Under the pieces are notes generated by a model, which ran no database searches, was not told the origin of the DNA, and was given only the letters and a program-made list of their open reading frames with translations. Of a stretch of DNA of 9,103 nt, positions 7,601 through 9,103 are shown in pieces. Position 1 is the stretch's first letter; every line of letters begins with the position of its first letter. This DNA comes from Amoeboradix gromovi X-113. Taxonomy: Eukaryota; Fungi; Sanchytriomycota. The translations under genes were made by a program, and so were the position numbers. Where the stretch lies: the NCBI GenBank assembly GCA_018985225.1, contig JADGIF010000411.1, forward strand, positions 1-9,103, given 5' to 3'.

Positions 7601-8645
7601 TAAAATCCTTATAATACACATTAAAATAAATTGGGAACAATAAGTGAAAGTTTTTTATGTGATCCGTTTGAAATGGAAAGTTTATCTTAATGTAGAGATT
7701 GTCGCTGTTGCTCTCAATCAAAATATCAATAGTTTTTAGAAATGCCTTGACATCAAAGAATCCCGTTAGAAACATCTTTAAAATCTGATTTAATCCAAAG
7801 CTGATTTGTAAATCCTCGGTCGCAAGGTACAGCCAGTCGATAAGCTCACCATTCCTATACATTTCAATCGGGCCAGATATAGTCGTATTATCCAGTAAGC
7901 CAATAGAATTAGATTCCTTAGAGAGAAATCGCTGGATATTATGCCAGTTGTCTTTAAGTTCCAAGAAAACATTTAAATGGTTGATTTCTTGGGCAATAAC
8001 CAGATCAGTTATACCACCTCTTCCGAGATAAAGGTTTCCTAAATATACGCGAGTGCTAGCCTTTTGAATATTCAAGGAAATTGGCAAAGGGTGTTTTACA
8101 TAAACATCAATTTTCACATCCAGTCCATTGGTTGTAGCCGCAACGGACATACCATGTAGTTGCCAATGAACTTGCTTTAAAATAGACATTGCATCGATTT
8201 CTGGAACGTAATCGCTTCTTTCAATCCATAAGAAATTGTAGAAAGTGATGTATTTTTTGATGGAAGTTGCTGCTATAAGATCTATAGACTCTATCCCACT
8301 ACGTAATAAATCTTTTAATTTTATAGGGTCCAGTACTGCTGATCCATGTACGTTCAAACTGTTGTGATTAGTTATTGATAATTCTTCATTAACAGCTATG
8401 GTTAACGCGTTATTAATATTAAGATGCTGAATAATTATATTTACAGAGGTTGGCACATCAAGGTCTAGACGGAATTCAGTGTTATAGTATACAGTATTTC
8501 CAACATCGAGAACCAATTTATCGATTTTAAAATCGTACTTTATTGTTCGAACAATAAATCGAATAATTAGCGGCACTATAAATGACCAGAACAGTAGAAT
8601 AGCAGCGATAGCAACAATTAGTACATTTGTCCAATGAACTCTCAT
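1629..8645 (-). CDS. Giant membrane-anchored protein with tandem degenerate beta-rich repeats, LEA_2/WHy-like (DUF3712/Tag1-like); function unknown
   Basis: A 7017-nt uninterrupted ORF in AT-rich DNA is certainly coding. It has a hydrophobic N-terminal helix (VLIVAIAAILLFWSFIVPLIIRF) and a recurring motif about every 130-150 aa: KHPLPISLNIQKASTRVYLG, NLIPLHVITNNISAVLTIND, NSPIPVIMDIPFVQFDLSIND, LNIPVSVKIPHISLHLVVND, NVPINLQLMDIRVNLGINN, NPFPIKLYVNAATASVNINN. This resembles the LEA_2 pattern NPnp..l.i..l.y.l.ing. The family assignment is less certain than the coding status. Confidence 0.7.
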   Translation of the reverse strand: MRVHWTNVLIVAIAAILLFWSFIVPLIIRFIVRTIKYDFKIDKLVLDVGNTVYYNTEFRLDLDVPTSVNIIIQHLNINNALTIAVNEELSITNHNSLNVHGSAVLDPIKLKDLLRSGIESIDLIAATSIKKYITFYNFLWIERSDYVPEIDAMSILKQVHWQLHGMSVAATTNGLDVKIDVYVKHPLPISLNIQKASTRVYLGNLYLGRGGITDLVIAQEINHLNVFLELKDNWHNIQRFLSKESNSIGLLDNTTISGPIEMYRNGELIDWLYLATEDLQISFGLNQILKMFLTGFFDVKAFLKTIDILIESNSDNLYIKINFPFQTDHIKNFHLLFPIYFNVYYKDFKIVTVEADPDLSDKKVELQLNLYFFNFDKLKDVAHEILIENSISGDDLLKDLYIGDVQVVKQDCEWCNSMLHDFRLSLDFLSGLEDSSVFYDAIDIIRSLVVIKNIDSVQSQSYSGFDVVAHIQLSNAFRSITINLNNVLISLMYKQEFVQLKFNSLSILPGPNDVPCRVYFDHNSADFADLIHNLLYVNPPIIYLNHLSIRNTDLTVPIPINLNWFFSSKVSIHDFINFNISSIQLNMNRYNAFTAAIQISVLNLIPLHVITNNISAVLTINDASMFNVQLSGLDMPIDHSVVKFDAVVAFGNTSMELASLFVDSIINKYEPPCKLALTSLVLKSSDDVDLLQDINLPYELTSVIQGKSTISVVDLITPIHDLELELLYAQVQGIQGALLSVNLQILVNSPIPVIMDIPFVQFDLSINDVLIMNGTVHSFHMQPDIYVFNTSITIEFSDSTMAQSTLNEFINNAFNNVENLPVTINNISMAPGSVYYTHILNQLKVYFTRFISISSLAFVDYLKQTTIKLNSANIDYTRDLMVDLNLDIQLPFKYHIIMNYIQLKVLLDNIPSMLINLNNVDISTGKDNEISVRVRFISDVQGYSTFGISSLRIGYSEVDYINTLQLIVLNSPTSTFVPIISIPFINSMIPLFQLVYFNLNVSDYGKFDLSAHGTVDLNIPVSVKIPHISLHLVVNDVEIISVDISDFQLTNGVLKDITVKGSFIDAIKWNIYVLKSITGNVGIQNLEFGNNIYSTNQLRFVKVLLPLDLVVSLIQSYIDASSYSIPKILQSIYKSISSIDIRYIKGGISINPEIEIKSDSFRINIPFISASILINNELFVSTDIVNLFVDNTNISVHFSQIASKAIVDFVNNEPLIIACTGIKFGTMEHPSMALNNVAVILDITLDTVSNLVKSIDIDHNRVINALKYTISKSNLYGLTINQSGSSFSGALSIFNSLVIFDIEKLLFTLKNSLFDLDANVSVNNAIISVNYYIKFYNNNGWQLLFQFIIAMNDIQLGINNAIIINQLDVSIDLQHLRNAFYSAMSLLYKSVSIADFDLLEIVSIKAIDISNVISIDYTLHLPNSTFNISPISADILIDSVQILNSIVSINSATINTVIVDFDGSDQSALTFANLINDLINSRPSLSGDLIITEIVIGDVKSFKSLHVGIPINGLFTFVSGVVKANIESIYSFVHRCIRYIHENIIETIKIVEISLSNIVNMHITLELPFVVNLSSKLNLGYTKKWMNIDVVLATSSDLLDIKLVVGLLNQGDNVAEYLNVHQHEPLIISDLIFGLNNSIGILKYIMLPVYYSWLLDIMHSVNISHLVFAAIHAIGEANPAIKSFSLVQDNDFDIELGYLLDIPILMEKIQLNIGLNDVNAIHVELNIKDNKMQIATKFTSKIYNDMLEFNNVGINGLILNENNLLSKLDVKLDFRTAISRYGDEVKKWINKQLRQFVYTFGSTVLNITEAAYPLCMHSTGFMNVPINLQLMDIRVNLGINNVEFGVFNVGLLTIIQGQFDIRLVGDFINSKKQSEIINDIYMGILNNKELTEVIDIRGLIVGEMQQLNELMVNIPLQYIYPHNTQLKIPKLSDLKINGAKVNIISTNMIELQVGIEIRNPFPIKLYVNAATASVNINNSKFTSCNIYEIELDEGITRLDTRIECQFNENVDLSNIIQHLVYEDELTTSIKLNRIKFGNKNKLYSMVEDIEIGVQLGDVKSEINPYLEILEVNGEVNKRGIDVSAVIKIEPEITGNIYGLSVEIEHVGLKNTLMSLNVDNMDLKAGTLDALIKLENIQAMKDIWDTSVERGNVLEQLRITNVVINGPIGKSLTFLDSTSVRLPEYYATEVIGYFTLKNLVKMSVNVFVPILLPFDVRINFHNFYFEAWDYIDENRTRLDYLVATVDEQFEFKSSDKGAKLSAEFTGSFLKLGNIIKRMNRVKGLKDLRVDHPVDGEIPWITELNKVGFFFKGEFRLKSPELQEISEIYKKATNITIDQN
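8556..8624 (-). other. Predicted N-terminal transmembrane helix / signal anchor of the 2338-aa protein
   Basis: Residues about 8-30, VLIVAIAAILLFWSFIVPLIIRF, are strongly hydrophobic and followed by basic residues. Confidence 0.8.
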
Positions 8646-8684
8646 TTTTGTAATAATTGTGCAACAAGGGTGAAGTCAATGTAA

Positions 8685-9045
8685 ATTGCTGGACTTTGCG
8701 AAAAATTCAATAGTTTCAGGTATGGCATATTTAGATGCTTTAACAGATGAGACATTACTTATTGAACTACTAGACCAAGTTTTCAACAGCCGTTTACTGA
8801 AGATTAGAAACAATAATTTTATTAACATTATACAATACCTGAGTCGATGCTACTAAGACTATGCTCATTTAGTTCCAAAAGGTTATTGATGCATTGAAGC
8901 AAATTTAAACCGTGTACTAAGGTTGAGATGCAAATCTTGCTCCTCAATTATTGATCGTGATGAGAATATGTTTGTTCACTACAGAAGACACAATAGGCTA
9001 GATAGTTTAATTCACCGTAAACCCAAATGTGAATTTCTTAAATAA
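8685..9045 (+). pseudogene. Second degraded Fanzor2 / IS607-type TnpB nuclease, C-terminal fragment
   Basis: Frame +3 IAGLCEKFNSFRYG (8685-8726); frame +1 IELLDQVFNSRLLK (8761-8802); frame +3 IPESMLLRLCSFS (8835-8873), where E-x6-C is the spacing of ExxTSKxC and the final AGT is one base from TGT/Cys; frame +1 LRCKSCSSIIDRDEN (8923-8967), with a stop at 9043-9045. The motifs are collinear but broken by frameshifts and by stops at 8854 and 8887. Confidence 0.7.
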
Positions 9046-9103
9046 ATCATAGTTCTCTTCAATTTTATTGGCGTATTTTATAAAACATTTAGTAATACGA
9101 ATA

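Noticed and set aside
4592-7972. Short minus-strand ORFs 4592-4783 and 7790-7972
   Set aside because: They are out-of-frame ORFs of about 60 aa nested in the giant CDS and expected by chance.
8722-8856. 44-aa plus-strand ORF MAYLDALTDETLLIELLDQVFNSRLLK...
   Set aside because: It is too short to call a gene and is interpreted as one open segment of the right-hand pseudogene.
1-9103. Non-standard genetic code as an explanation for the stops in the spacers; also CRISPR array, tRNA or rRNA
   Set aside because: Both real genes translate cleanly with the standard code and end in TAG/TAA, and the relics also need frameshifts. I saw no repeat-spacer array or tRNA/rRNA signature.

Overview
AT-rich eukaryotic DNA from a compact, apparently intron-poor genome. 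There are two intact minus-strand genes: the spliceosomal factor YJU2/CWC16/CCDC94 (648-1316) and an uninterrupted 2338-aa protein with an N-terminal membrane anchor and many degenerate beta-rich LEA_2/DUF3712 (Tag1)-like repeats (1629-8645). The main finding lies outside the ORF track. Manual translation across stops and frameshifts shows that both flanking spacers are decayed plus-strand Fanzor2/IS607-type TnpB RNA-guided nuclease genes: about 1-583 (VDEYKRKINKFL ... KDYTSKKCSVC ... IERDAGSSSFILKRGL) and about 8685-9045 (IAGLCEKF ... IPESMLLRLCSFS ... CKSCSSIIDRDEN). Each is followed by small hairpins where an omega-RNA would sit. The middle spacer (1317-1628) has a weaker RuvC-I-like motif, so every intergenic spacer here may derive from Fanzor elements. 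All family calls rest on motif recognition by eye and need HMM confirmation.
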